Made by a program: the position numbers and the translations under genes. A stretch of DNA of 64,000 bases from an uncultured Gemmatimonadales bacterium (GTDB taxonomy: Bacteria > Gemmatimonadota > Gemmatimonadetes > Gemmatimonadales > Gemmatimonadaceae): the NCBI GenBank assembly GCA_963707505.1, contig CAVPQB010000006.1, positions 160,001 to 224,000 of the forward strand. The letters are read 5' to 3'. The notes beneath the pieces were generated by a model. It was given only the letters and a program-made list of their open reading frames with translations, ran no database searches and was not told where the DNA came from. Shown one piece after another: positions 49,299-60,055 of this stretch; within the stretch, counting starts at the first letter, position 1, and every line of letters begins with the position of its first letter.

Positions 49299-50639
49299 AT
49301 GGATCGCTCGCTATTCTCCGCCGTATCGGGGCTGCGGAATAATCAGACCCGAATGGACGTCATCGGTAACAACATCGCGAACGTCAACACGACGGCATTC
49401 AAGGCAAGTCGTGCAAACTTCACGGAGAGCTTCTCGCAGGTTCTCTCCGGCGCGACGCGCCCGGGCACCACGACAGGCGGCATCAACTCGATGGCCGTCG
49501 GACTCGGCTCTCAGCTAAGCAGCATCGACACCGTCTTCACGCAGGGAAACCGCGAGACGACCAACGTCCCGACCAACCTCGCGATACAGGGAAATTCATT
49601 CTTCGTCGTCTCGAACGGCGCGCAGAACTCGTTCACGCGCGACGGTAACTTCAAGTGGGATTCCAACGGCACGCTCGTCGCAGGCAATGGCGGAATCGTC
49701 CAGGGCCTGATGGCGAAGAACGGCGTCCTCGGCGGAGGTCTCACCGGCATCTCGGTGCCGATCGGCCAGACCACTCCTGCAGCGGCGACCACCAAGGCGA
49801 CGGTCGCCGGCAACTTCAACTCCGAAGCGCCGACCATCGTCGCGGTCGATCCAAATAATCCGACCGCCGCCGAGCTTGCTGACCCGGTGAACGCGGGCTC
49901 GAAGGTCGAGACCACGCTCGGTGTCTTTGACTCGCTCGGCTCAAAGCACGACCTCACGCTCGTGGCCTGGAAAACCGGCCCGAACACGTGGGAGTGCAAG
50001 ATCGATCCGACCAGCCTGAACTACGACGCGACAAAACCATATACTTTCGGACCGGGCGCCCAGTCGTCGCCGGCAGCCGCCGCGACCCCGTGGCAGTTCA
50101 CGTTCAAGAGCGACGGCACGATCGATTCCGCGAATTCCAATCTGCCGAGTGTGACGTTTACACCGGCCGGCGGCGGCGCCGCCGTTTCACTCAAGCTCGA
50201 TCCCGGCACCGGCTCGACGGGCGTCACGTCGCTTGCCGTCGGAAATTCCGCGGTGCTTCGCGACCAGAACGGCTACGCATCAGGTGTTCTGCAGAACGTA
50301 TCGATCGGTCAGGACGGAGTCGTAACTGGATCCTTCTCGAACGGCACCAACCAGACGCTCGCACAGATCGCACTCGCGGACTTCAACAATCCCGAGGGTC
50401 TGGATCAGGCCGCCGACAGTATGTATACGGTCTCCGCGAACTCGGGAACGCCCCTGATCGGCTACTCGGGAAAGGACACCACCTCGACGATTGCGAGCGG
50501 AGCGCTCGAAATGTCGAACGTCGATCTGGCGCAGGAATTCACCGACATGATCATCACGCAGCGCGGCTTCGAAGCCAATGGCAAGATGATCACTACGAGC
50601 GACCAGATGCTTCAGACTCTGATAAACATGCGTCAGTAG
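49299..50639 (+). CDS. flgE: Flagellar hook protein FlgE
   Basis: GNNIANVNT, TRDGNF, VFDSLGSKH and LEMSNVDLAQEFTDMIITQRGF. Confidence 0.96.
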   Translation: MDRSLFSAVSGLRNNQTRMDVIGNNIANVNTTAFKASRANFTESFSQVLSGATRPGTTTGGINSMAVGLGSQLSSIDTVFTQGNRETTNVPTNLAIQGNSFFVVSNGAQNSFTRDGNFKWDSNGTLVAGNGGIVQGLMAKNGVLGGGLTGISVPIGQTTPAAATTKATVAGNFNSEAPTIVAVDPNNPTAAELADPVNAGSKVETTLGVFDSLGSKHDLTLVAWKTGPNTWECKIDPTSLNYDATKPYTFGPGAQSSPAAAATPWQFTFKSDGTIDSANSNLPSVTFTPAGGGAAVSLKLDPGTGSTGVTSLAVGNSAVLRDQNGYASGVLQNVSIGQDGVVTGSFSNGTNQTLAQIALADFNNPEGLDQAADSMYTVSANSGTPLIGYSGKDTTSTIASGALEMSNVDLAQEFTDMIITQRGFEANGKMITTSDQMLQTLINMRQ

Positions 50640-50673
50640 TGATGTAGAACAGTCGCACGAAGATTCACTGCTG

Positions 50674-50847
50674 CGGCAACATTAGCCGAGGGCAGCCCGG
50701 AAGAAATTGCCGGGCTGCCCTTTTTTGTCCATCATGCGCCTCCCGTGCAGGAACCGGTCCCAATGACGCAACTGCTTATAACACAATCACTTAGCGTGTT
50801 GGATAATCCGTGCCAGACCGCCTCTGAAGCGTGGTATGTCGCCTGCT
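50674..50847 (+). promoter_or_regulatory. sigma54 promoter region of the fliL operon
   Basis: CGGCAACATTAGCCG at 50674 and CGGAAGAAATTGCCG at 50698; ACAATCACTTAGCG at 50783; TGGTATGTCGCCTGCT at 50832-50847. Confidence 0.72.
50689..50726 (+). terminator. Rho-independent terminator after flgE
   Basis: AGGGCAGCCCGG-AAGAAATTG-CCGGGCTGCCCT followed by TTTTT. Confidence 0.85.
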
Positions 50848-50899
50848 TTTACGGGGTCTGCGAAGTCCGCGATAGAACTACTTCCGAAAGGCGACACGC

Positions 50900-51442
50900 A
50901 TGGCAGAAGAGAAACCACCAGAGACTGAACCAGCCGCCCCGCCGGCCGCCAAGGGCGGTATGGCGAGGCTGTTACCGCTGATCGGCGGCATCGTTGGAGG
51001 TCTCGCTCTTGGCGCAGTCCTCGGATTCACGCTGCTCGGTCCCAAACTCTCGCACAAGGCTGTGGCTGCACCGGCTAGCGCGGACAGTGCGGCGGCCGTC
51101 AAGAAGGAAAGCGGGCCAGAGGCCAAGAAGGGCGACGCTCCGCCGCCGATCTATCAGGTGGACAACCTTGTAATGAATCCCGCTGGCTCGGGCGGCTCCC
51201 ACTTCCTGTTGATGTCGGTTGCGTTGCAACTCAAGGACGCCAGCTCGTTGGAGACTATCAAGGGACGTGACGCCGAGCTGCGCGACGCGATCCTCCGGCT
51301 CTTCTCGCGAAAGACCAACGATCAGATATCCGACATTTCAGCCAGGGACCAGTTCGCTGCTGAATTGATGGCCGTGCTGGACAGGATGTTCGGTGCCGGC
51401 ACAGTCGCGAAGATTTACTTCCCTCAGTTCGTAGTTCAGTGA
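50900..51442 (+). CDS. fliL: Basal body-associated protein FliL
   Basis: TM helix, LVMNPA..G..HFL, RDAIL and KIYFPQFVVQ. Confidence 0.9.
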   Translation: MAEEKPPETEPAAPPAAKGGMARLLPLIGGIVGGLALGAVLGFTLLGPKLSHKAVAAPASADSAAAVKKESGPEAKKGDAPPPIYQVDNLVMNPAGSGGSHFLLMSVALQLKDASSLETIKGRDAELRDAILRLFSRKTNDQISDISARDQFAAELMAVLDRMFGAGTVAKIYFPQFVVQ

Positions 51443-52527
51443 GCGCCGACGCACGCCCGATGGCATCGGGCACGCTCTCGCAGAGCGAGATCGACCGCCT
51501 ACTGGGCGGTGCGAGCAACGTTCCGTTCGCCGGCGCGTCGGAAGAATCGCCAGTCCAGATGTACGACTTTCGCCGCCCGCACCGCGTTTCGAAGGAGCGT
51601 CTGCGGACGCTGGAGGCGATTTACGAGCGACTGGTGAAGTCGCTCGAGAGCTGGGTGATTGGTCGCGTACGGGGACAGATCGAGATGCGGCTGCAGGGTG
51701 TCGAGCAGTTCTCGTTCGGCGAGTTCACGCTGTCGCTTCCGACGCCGTGCGCGTCGTTCATCTGCGAGATCAACGACTCCGGTGGACAGCTGGGCGTCGT
51801 CGATATTGGTGAGGAGTTCGCCTTCTATATGGTGGACCGCCTCTTCGGTGGCAGTGGCCAGCAGATGTCGACATCGCGGCCGCTCACGCGTGTGGAGCGC
51901 ATGGCGCTGCGGGGCCTGGTCGACAAGGTCAACTCGCTGCTCGCGGAAGTCTGGTCCGACTACATAACGATGTCGCTGGAGATCAGCTCGTTCGAGTCGT
52001 TCCCGGACATTCTGCTTCAGAGCGCGAACCGTGACGATCCGGTTCTCGTCGCGAACATCGAGGTGACAGCGGGTGACGTCAGCTCGCTGATGCTCGTATG
52101 CCTTCCGTTCGCGGTGCTTGACAAGTTCTTCACCAACACGGCGACACGCAGCTTCGCGAATGCAACTGGCTCCGAGCACGAGCGCGCAGTCAGTCGTGCG
52201 CTCGCTGAACACTCGCTGCGTGCCACGCGCGTCAACGTGTCCGCGCGGCTCCCTGAATTTCGCATGTCGATGCGCGACCTTGCCTCGCTGTCTCAGGGTG
52301 GTGTCATCACGACTGCGTTACCGAGCAACAGTCCCATCCGCGTCATGGTCGGCGACCAGGAGCGTTTCGCCGGAACCGCTGGACGTGTGGGTCACAAGCT
52401 CGCCATTCGTCTCGAGGGCGCCCTCACACAGTCGGGTGAAGTCCGAGGTGCAGCACCAGTTGTCCCACAATTCGATGCTTCGGTGATCGCCGAAGCGCTT
52501 CAAACCCAACCGATCTCCGCCGAGTAA
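51439..52527 (+). CDS. fliM: Motor switch protein FliM
   Basis: LSQSEIDRLL CheY-binding motif, YDFRRP and VDRLFGG. Confidence 0.94.
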   Translation: MSADARPMASGTLSQSEIDRLLGGASNVPFAGASEESPVQMYDFRRPHRVSKERLRTLEAIYERLVKSLESWVIGRVRGQIEMRLQGVEQFSFGEFTLSLPTPCASFICEINDSGGQLGVVDIGEEFAFYMVDRLFGGSGQQMSTSRPLTRVERMALRGLVDKVNSLLAEVWSDYITMSLEISSFESFPDILLQSANRDDPVLVANIEVTAGDVSSLMLVCLPFAVLDKFFTNTATRSFANATGSEHERAVSRALAEHSLRATRVNVSARLPEFRMSMRDLASLSQGGVITTALPSNSPIRVMVGDQERFAGTAGRVGHKLAIRLEGALTQSGEVRGAAPVVPQFDASVIAEALQTQPISAE

Positions 52528-52528
52528 C

Positions 52529-52870
52529 ATGGACCAGAATGTGAACGCCGCCGCTGGCGCCGAATCTATCAACGCAGTGGACGCTGGACTTGCCGGCGTC
52601 AACGACGAAGTGCCCATCTCGATGCTGCTCGATCTCACGCTTCCGATATCGATCGAGCTCGGCAGGACGTCGATGACCGTGCAGGACATTCTGCGCCTCG
52701 GGCGCGGTTCCGTGATTCAGCTGGATCGGCTCGCGGGCGAGCCAATCGATGTATTCGTTGGAGATCGTCGATTTGCAGAGGGCGAGGTCGTCCTGTTCGG
52801 TGAGACGTTCGGTGTGCGCATCACACGAATCCTCCCACGCGCCAACGCAGTGGAGGAAATCGCAGCGTGA
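52529..52870 (+). CDS. fliN: Motor switch protein FliN
   Basis: ELGRT, GSVIQLDRLAGEP, GEVV and FGVRIT. Confidence 0.94.
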   Translation: MDQNVNAAAGAESINAVDAGLAGVNDEVPISMLLDLTLPISIELGRTSMTVQDILRLGRGSVIQLDRLAGEPIDVFVGDRRFAEGEVVLFGETFGVRITRILPRANAVEEIAA

Positions 52871-53379
52871 GTGCTCCTTCGTTCCTGATGGTCATGGCGA
52901 TGCTAGCCATCGTGCTCGGCGCGATGGGTATTGCAATGCGTGTGCTGCGACGCTACGCAATGACCAACGCATCGAAGAAAGGCAGCGTCAAGATGGAAAT
53001 CGTCCAGCGGCTGTCGCTCGGTCAGCGCCAGGGACTCGCGGTGGTGCGCATCGGTACGCGCCTGCTCGCCGTGTCGATGGGCGAGGGTGGAGTTCACCAG
53101 GTCGCGGAGCTGGGCGAGGCCGATCTCGCATCGACGGCTGATGCAGCAAAGGCAGCGGCAAGCGCGCCGATTCACGCGATCGCAGACGGGATTCGCAAGC
53201 TGGTTCTGATCCGCGGTAACGGCGAAGCCACGCCGAAGTACACATCGGGCGGCAACGTGTTGGATGGGTCCGCAGCAGCTCGTAGCGGCAAGAAGGATGG
53301 CAAGCGCATTTCCTACGTCGCGCCCATGGAAGACTTCCAGGCCGTGCTGAGCATGGCAATGGCGGGCGGTACCAAGTAG
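52867..53379 (+). CDS. fliO: FliO/FliZ
   Basis: TM helix and LSLGQRQGLAVVRIG; lies between fliN and fliP. Confidence 0.85.
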   Translation: MSAPSFLMVMAMLAIVLGAMGIAMRVLRRYAMTNASKKGSVKMEIVQRLSLGQRQGLAVVRIGTRLLAVSMGEGGVHQVAELGEADLASTADAAKAAASAPIHAIADGIRKLVLIRGNGEATPKYTSGGNVLDGSAAARSGKKDGKRISYVAPMEDFQAVLSMAMAGGTK

Positions 53380-54458
53380 TGACGACTCGCGGCGTTGTCA
53401 TTGGACTTGCAACTCTGCTGGCGTTCGCGCCGGCGAGCGCGTCGTTGCTCGCGCAGGTGCCGGCACAAACTGCGGCTCAGGGCGCGAATACGGCACCAGC
53501 GGGAGCCAGCGCCGCAAGCGCGCTTCAGTCCATTGCGAACTCGACGAATGTCGCAGCGCCGCAGTCTGCCGTTCAGCAGTCGACCGCACAGCCAAACGCG
53601 ATCCCACAGCCGCCAAGGATCACGGCGCCAGCGACGAACGCGGCAGCCGGAGGCACGGCCGGTACGCGCGCCGCGCGCGCCGCGGCTCAACCGGCTGCAC
53701 CGAAGACCGCCAACACAGCGGCAGCGAATGCGCCGTTGACTCCGTCGCCCAGCGTGGACAACATGGTCTCCAAGTTGACGCCTCAGATGGATCTGCGCGT
53801 CGGCGGCGGCAAGGACGACGGTGGTCTTCGTCTGAGCGGAACGGTCGGCATCGTTGTGATGATGGGACTGCTGACGTTGCTCCCGACGCTCGTGCTCCTG
53901 ATGACGGGCTTCACGCGCATCCTCATCGTACTCAACTTCCTTCGCCAGGCGCTCGGCACGCAGAACGCTCCGCCGGCACAGATGGTCGCCGCGCTGTCGC
54001 TCATCCTCACCGGATTCGTGATGGCACCGACGCTCAACAAGGTGAATGAGACCGCGCTACAGCCGTGGATGAACGGCAAGATCGAGCAGGGTGAGATGAT
54101 GAAGATCGCAGTCGTGCCGTTCCGCGAATTCATGCTCGCGCATACGCGTGATCACGACCTGCAGGTGTTCATCGACATGAGCAGCGGCGTCGCTCCGCAC
54201 AATGAAGACGAGATTCCGCTCGTGACGCTGGTGTCCGCATTCGCGACGAGCGAGCTGCGCACGGCATTCCAGATCGGCTTTGCATTGTTCCTGCCGTTCA
54301 TCATCATCGACATCGTCGTGTCGAGCGTGCTGATGAGCATGGGCATGTTCATGCTTCCGCCGGCGATGATCTCGCTGCCGTTCAAGTTGCTGCTCTTCGT
54401 CCTCGTGGACGGCTGGACACTCGTCGTCCAGTCGCTCGTGACCAGCTTCCGCGTCTAG
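53379..54458 (+). CDS. fliP: Export gate protein FliP with long low-complexity N-terminal extension
   Basis: MTGFTRILIVL, LRQALG, SELRTAFQIGF, MGMFMLPP and KLLLFVLVDGW. Confidence 0.95.
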   Translation: MTTRGVVIGLATLLAFAPASASLLAQVPAQTAAQGANTAPAGASAASALQSIANSTNVAAPQSAVQQSTAQPNAIPQPPRITAPATNAAAGGTAGTRAARAAAQPAAPKTANTAAANAPLTPSPSVDNMVSKLTPQMDLRVGGGKDDGGLRLSGTVGIVVMMGLLTLLPTLVLLMTGFTRILIVLNFLRQALGTQNAPPAQMVAALSLILTGFVMAPTLNKVNETALQPWMNGKIEQGEMMKIAVVPFREFMLAHTRDHDLQVFIDMSSGVAPHNEDEIPLVTLVSAFATSELRTAFQIGFALFLPFIIIDIVVSSVLMSMGMFMLPPAMISLPFKLLLFVLVDGWTLVVQSLVTSFRV

Positions 54459-54461
54459 AGC

Positions 54462-54732
54462 ATGTCACACGTCCTCGTCGTCGATCTCGCGCGCAACATG
54501 ATCATGACAGCGCTGCTCGATCGCGTCGCCGATGCTGGTCGTCGCGCTCGCTGTCGGTCTGGTCATATCGATCATCCAGGCGGTGACACAGATCCAGGAG
54601 CAGACGCTCTCGTTCGTTCCCAAGCTCGTCGCTGTCGCGGTTACGTTCATCATCGCGCTGCCGTGGATCATCCAGATCATGGTCAAGTACACGAGCGAGC
54701 TGTTTCGCTCACTGCCGTCCATGATTTCGTGA
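54462..54732 (+). CDS. fliQ: Export gate protein FliQ (frameshift near 54519)
   Basis: QAVTQIQEQTLSFVPK. Confidence 0.92.
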
Positions 54733-55528
54733 CCGACGTCCGCCCATTCGATCTGTTCGCGCCCGGTTCCGGGACCGTGGCCGTGCTCGTCGCATTGCGT
54801 CTCACAGGACTCATGCTCATCGCACCGGTATTCTCGGCTGCGACGGTGCCGGTCAAGTGGCGCACTTCGCTTCTGATAGTGCTGACGATCGTGATCCAGC
54901 CCATCGCGTATGCGCAACATGCGCGTGATCCCGCAGATCACGCCGTCATCCGGCGATGGGCGAGCTGCTCGTGGGCTTCGGGATCGGACTCGGCGCTGCG
55001 CTGTTGGTCGGCGCGGCTGAAAGTGCGGGCGACCTGTTGGCAATCCAGATCGGACTGTCGGGCGCGTCACTGCTCGATCCGCTCACCCGGCAGACGTCGC
55101 CCGTGCTGGCGAACTTTCTATCGCTGTTCGCGATAACGATTCTTCTCGCGCTCAACGTGCACCTCGGCATGATCGAGGCGCTCGCTGCAAGCCTCCGCGC
55201 CGTGCCGGTCGGCAGCGCGCTGGACCTTCACGCAGGACTCGCAAATCTTCTCGCACTTGCGAGTACGCTGTTCCTCGCCGGACTCAGATTCGCGGCGCCG
55301 GTCATCGCAACCGTAATGATTGGTAATGCGGCGCTCGCGGTACTCAGTCGCGCGACGCCGCAGCTGAACATTCTTTCCGTTGCCTTCCCGCTTCAGATCG
55401 GACTGGGTCTGTTCGCGCTCGGCATCGCTCTCCCATTCATCGCCAGCACGCTCGGCAACTGGCCGACCGCTTACGATCAGCAGCTCTCATCGTTCTTCAC
55501 GGCGATCGCGCCGGGAGGCATGCACTGA
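54729..55528 (+). CDS. fliR: Export gate protein FliR (frameshifts near 54922 and 54951)
   Basis: RLTGLMLIAPVF, AGDLLAIQIGL and RATPQLNILSVAFP. Confidence 0.9.
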
Positions 55529-55530
55529 GC

Positions 55531-56646
55531 ATGGCTGATGACTACGGCGATAAAACAGAAGAAGCGACCCCCAAGAAACGTCAGGAAGCGCAGGAGGAAG
55601 GACGCATTCCGAAGAGCCCCGAGCTTTCGGTCGCCGTCCTGCTGCTCGGCATCGCACTCGTGCTGACCGCGATCGTGCCGCACGTTGCGAGCCGCCTGTT
55701 CGCCATCATGGGCGAGGGTCTCGCTTCAGCCGGTGATACGTCGTTCTCAGCGGAGAGCGCGATCAGGACTCTGCAGGCGCTCGGGTGGCGCACCTTGTCG
55801 GCGATCATGCTCGTCGCATCGGCGATGGCCGGCATGTCGCTCGTAATCAACGCCGTGCAGGCTCGCGGCGTGTTCTCGCTCAAGCCCATCACGCCGCAGT
55901 TCAAGCGCATCAATCCGGCTTCGAACATCAAGCGACTCGTCGGGATGCAGGCGCTCGTCGAGCTTGCGAAATCGCTCTTCAAGCTCATCATCGTCGGCTT
56001 CGCGATACACGCGGCCCTTGGACGCGACGCGATCAATGCAATCGTCGTCACCACTCAGCAGTCGCCGATCGCGCTGCTGCAGGTCGTCACCCACTACTCG
56101 GTCAAGCTCATCATGACCGCGGGACTGGCGTACCTGGCGCTCGCACTGGCCGATTATCTGTGGCAGTACTGGCAGTTTTCGAAGGAAATGCGCATGAGCA
56201 AGGCGGAGATCAAGCAGGAGTTCAAGAACTCCGAAGGTGATCCGCTCCTCAAGCAGCGCATGCGCTCGATCGGCCGCGCGATGGCACGCAAGCAGATGCT
56301 CAGGGATGTACCGAATGCCGATGTCGTGATCGTCAATCCGACTCACCGCGCCATTGCGCTCAAGTACGATCCGTCCAAGGCGCCAGCGCCGATTGTCCTT
56401 GCCATGGGTCAACGCAAGGTTGCGGAGCGCATCAAGAAGCTCGCGCTCGAGAACGGCGTTCCTATCGTCGAGAACCGTCCGCTCGCAATCGCGCTCATCA
56501 AGCATGCTCGCGTGGGAATGGTGATTCCCGTCGAGCTGTATCTCGCGGTCGCTGAAGTCCTCGCATTCGTGATTCGCCAGCGGCATGAGCGCGGCGCACG
56601 CTGGGCATATCGCCCGATCTCGCATCTCGTCGGAGACACGGTCTGA
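55531..56646 (+). CDS. flhB: Export switch protein FlhB
   Basis: [17 protein letters not shown] cleavage motif and ENRPLA. Confidence 0.96.
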   Translation: MADDYGDKTEEATPKKRQEAQEEGRIPKSPELSVAVLLLGIALVLTAIVPHVASRLFAIMGEGLASAGDTSFSAESAIRTLQALGWRTLSAIMLVASAMAGMSLVINAVQARGVFSLKPITPQFKRINPASNIKRLVGMQALVELAKSLFKLIIVGFAIHAALGRDAINAIVVTTQQSPIALLQVVTHYSVKLIMTAGLAYLALALADYLWQYWQFSKEMRMSKAEIKQEFKNSEGDPLLKQRMRSIGRAMARKQMLRDVPNADVVIVNPTHRAIALKYDPSKAPAPIVLAMGQRKVAERIKKLALENGVPIVENRPLAIALIKHARVGMVIPVELYLAVAEVLAFVIRQRHERGARWAYRPISHLVGDTV

Positions 56647-58743
56647 TGGCGGCAATAGCAGCAAAACCGGTGACCACAACCGCGGCCCCCGGCAAGGGAG
56701 GCGCTGAAGTCGGTCTCGCCGTAGCAGTCGTCCTCGTCATCGGCCTGTTGATCATTCCACTGCCGGGCATAATGCTCGACATGCTGCTCGTGACGAGCAT
56801 CTCGCTCTCACTGGTGGTCCTGCTCTCGGCCCTGTACACGACCAACCCTCTCGAGTTCAGCTCGTTCCCTGGCCTGCTGCTGCTGCTCACTCTGTTCCGG
56901 CTCGCGCTGAACGTCGCGAGTACGCGACTGATCCTGACGCACGGCGAGGCCGGGCACGTCATTCAGGCATTCGGTGAGTTCGTGATTGGCGGCAACTACG
57001 CCGTCGGACTCGTGTTGTTCCTGATTCTCATCGGCATCAACTTCATCGTCATTACAAAGGGTGCCGGACGTGTTGCAGAAGTCGCTGCGCGATTCACACT
57101 CGACGCGATGCCGGGCAAGCAGATGGCGATCGACGCTGATCTGAATGCGGGGCTCATCGACGAGAATGAAGCGCGCCGCCGCCGCGCCGAGATCTCGAGC
57201 CAGGCCGATTTCTACGGCGCGATGGACGGCTCGTCCAAGTTCGTGAAGGGAGACGCGATCGCTGCGTTGATCATCACCTTCATCAACATCATCGGCGGAA
57301 TATTCATCGGTGTCGTGCAGAAGGGTCTTCCGTTCTCGCAGGCCGTAAGCACGTATACCATCCTCACCGTTGGTGAAGGGCTCGTATCGCAGATCCCGTC
57401 GCTGGTCGTTTCGACGGCTGCCGGTATCATGGTCACCCACTCTGCCGGCTCCGACGCAGATGGGAACCGTCGTCGCGTCGCAGATGACCAGGCACCCGCG
57501 CGCCATGTGGATCGCGGCCGGCGTGCTGGCGATGTTCTCCGTGGTTCCGGGCCTTCCCATGCTGCCGTTCCTGTCGCTCGCCTGCATCCTCGGAATGCTT
57601 GCACGCGCGGCGTCAGCGGCAGAAAAGAAGCGCGCGGCGACCGCAGTCTCCGCACTGTCGACACCGCAATCCGAATCGCCAACGTCAACCGATCCGATGA
57701 AGGATCTGCTCCAGATCGATCCGATCGAGCTCGAGGTTGGCTACGCACTCATTCCGCTCGTCGACGAGCGTCAGGGCGGCGATCTGCTCGACCGTATCTC
57801 CATGCTGCGCAAACAGGCGGCAGTCGAGCTCGGAATTCTCATTCCGCCAGTTCGCATCCGCGACGACATCCGACTGCCGTCGAACGAATACGTGATCAAG
57901 CTTCGCGGAAGCGAGATGGCCCGGGGCGAGGTCATGCCACGCTTCCTCATGGCGCTCAACACCGGCGCGGTGATCTCGCCGATCGAAGGAATCGACGCTG
58001 TCGATCCGAGCTTCGGCATGCCGGCACGATGGATCGCAACCAATCGTCGCGCAGATGCGGAAGCCTACGGCTACGTGGTCGTCGAGCCGTCCACCGTCGT
58101 CGCCACACATCTGATGGAAGTCCTGAAAGCGAATGCGGCCGAGCTGCTCGGACGCCAGGACGTTCAGGAGATGGTCGAGACACTCAAGAAGACGCATCCA
58201 GCACTGGTCGACGACATCGTTCCAACCAAGATCTCGCTCGGTACGCTCCACCGCGTGCTCCAGCGTCTTCTCCGCGAGCGTATCCCGATCCGCGATCTCG
58301 TCACGATCCTCGAAGCGCTCGGCGACTCCGCCGACACCACCAAGGATCCGGAAGCGCTCACCGAGCACGTGCGCCGCTCGCTGTCCAACGTCATCGCGCG
58401 GTTGTACGCCGAGCCGGATTCGTCGGTGCGCGGAATCACGATGGGGCCACGTCTCGAGCAGGCGCTTACAGGCCTCTTCTCACCGCGCACAGCGCAGCCT
58501 GGAATATCGATGCTCAATCCGGACGCACTCGCGAGAATGCTCCGGGATCTCAATGACATGTCGCAGGCGTATTCGACTGAAGGACGGCCCATACCACTGG
58601 TTACGCCGCCAAGTCTGCGTGTTGGCGTGCGGCGCCTCATCGAGCCAGTGCTTCCAGCACTGCCGGTCATCTCGCTCGCAGAGCTTCCCACAGCGGTGAA
58701 TCTGCACAGCGTAGGCATGTGGGAGATGGCGAATGCCGCATGA
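56646..58743 (+). CDS. flhA: Export protein FlhA (frameshift near 57453)
   Basis: [26 protein letters not shown] and FYGAMDG; cytoplasmic domain LEVGY...IRDLVTILE in the next frame. Confidence 0.95.
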
Positions 58744-59287
58744 TCTGAGCGCACCGCGCATCATCGTGGCGTCCGGGATGTCGGGGACCGGTGTGTCGTC
58801 GGTCAGCTCGTGTCTGCAGGATGCTGCACCGGCTTTGAATGTCATCGACGCGGGATCACAATGGACGGATATCACCGAAGCATGCGCGCCAGGATTCACG
58901 CGCATGATCGTCGTGACGACACACGACATCATCGCGATCACGTCGTCGTACGCGTTGATCAAGATGGTCCGAGATCATTTCACGGATGCACCGCTCGAGC
59001 TGCTGGTCAACTCGAGTGAAGAGCGCGACGCGCTCAAGACGTACGAGAGGATACAGGTGGCGTGCAGCCACTTCCTCGGCGAAACAGTCGGCTACGCGGG
59101 TTCCGTACCGACTGACGCTGGTGAGCAAGAACCTGGCGAGAATGACGCAATGAAACCGGCGCGTGCCCCACTCGGCGCAACCGCTACCATGGCGATCCAC
59201 AATCTCGCAACACGATTGGATGAAGAACTTGAAGCGACAGTGCTACGAGGCTCGTGGCGTCACGGTGAGCGAAGAGGAGTGCTATGA
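58733..59287 (+). CDS. Degenerate, shortened FlhG/MinD-like protein
   Basis: VASGMSGTGVS (eroded P-loop), VIDAG, AITSSYALIK, LLVN and HFLG; lies between flhA and fliA. Confidence 0.7.
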   Translation: MPHDLSAPRIIVASGMSGTGVSSVSSCLQDAAPALNVIDAGSQWTDITEACAPGFTRMIVVTTHDIIAITSSYALIKMVRDHFTDAPLELLVNSSEERDALKTYERIQVACSHFLGETVGYAGSVPTDAGEQEPGENDAMKPARAPLGATATMAIHNLATRLDEELEATVLRGSWRHGERRGVL

Positions 59288-60048
59288 CAAAAATGGATAT
59301 GCAGCTTTGGAAGGAATTTGCGCGCGGCAGCCAGGAGGCGCGCGACAGCCTCCTCTCCGAGCATCTCGGTCTGGTCCACCACGTCGCGCGGCAGTTGTCG
59401 CGCACACTGGCGGCCAAAGCCGACGTCGATGAGATGGTGAGCGCCGGTACAATGGGGTTGATGAGCGCACTGTCGGGTTTCGACCCGTCGCGTGGACTCG
59501 CCTTCAGCACGTTCGCCGCTCCACGGATTCGCGGCGCGATTCTGGACGAGCTGCGCAGGCAGGATCACGTCCCACGCTCCGTTCGCCGAAAGGCGCGCGA
59601 GCTCTCCGGCGCTCGTGAAACACTCCAGCGAATCTTTGGGCGTCCGCCCGAACCGCAGGAGATGGCCGAGCACCTGGGCGTCGACGTCGCCACGCTCTGG
59701 CGCTGGGAGGCTGACGTCGAGAATGCCGTGCATCTCTCGATCGATCGTCAGCCGGGCGAGCCCGATTCCGGAATGGCAGCGCCCGCTGAGATGCTCGCCG
59801 ACGAGACGCACGGTGACATAGAGGAAACGCTCAACCATGAACAGGAAGTCTCGCTTCTCCGAGACGCGATCATGGAGCTCAAGGAGCAGGAGCGCGTGGT
59901 ACTGTCGCTTTACTACTTCGAGGAGCTGAAGCTTCACGAAATCGCGTCGGTGCTAAACCTCACGGAGAGCCGCGTAAGCCAGATCCGCTCAAAGGCGCTA
60001 GGAAAATTGCGCACTGAGCTGGGCCCGATTCGTAGCTTCGTCGCCTGA
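59284..60048 (+). CDS. fliA: RNA polymerase sigma28 FliA
   Basis: RIRGAILDELR, VPRSVR, LSLYYFEEL and LTESRVSQI. Confidence 0.95.
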   Translation: MTKMDMQLWKEFARGSQEARDSLLSEHLGLVHHVARQLSRTLAAKADVDEMVSAGTMGLMSALSGFDPSRGLAFSTFAAPRIRGAILDELRRQDHVPRSVRRKARELSGARETLQRIFGRPPEPQEMAEHLGVDVATLWRWEADVENAVHLSIDRQPGEPDSGMAAPAEMLADETHGDIEETLNHEQEVSLLRDAIMELKEQERVVLSLYYFEELKLHEIASVLNLTESRVSQIRSKALGKLRTELGPIRSFVA

Positions 60049-60055
60049 TTTGTAG

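Noticed and set aside
54462..55136. Apparent FliQ-FliR fusion ORF
   Set aside because: Created by the indel near 54519; the fliQ stop (54732) and fliR GTG (54729) overlap normally.
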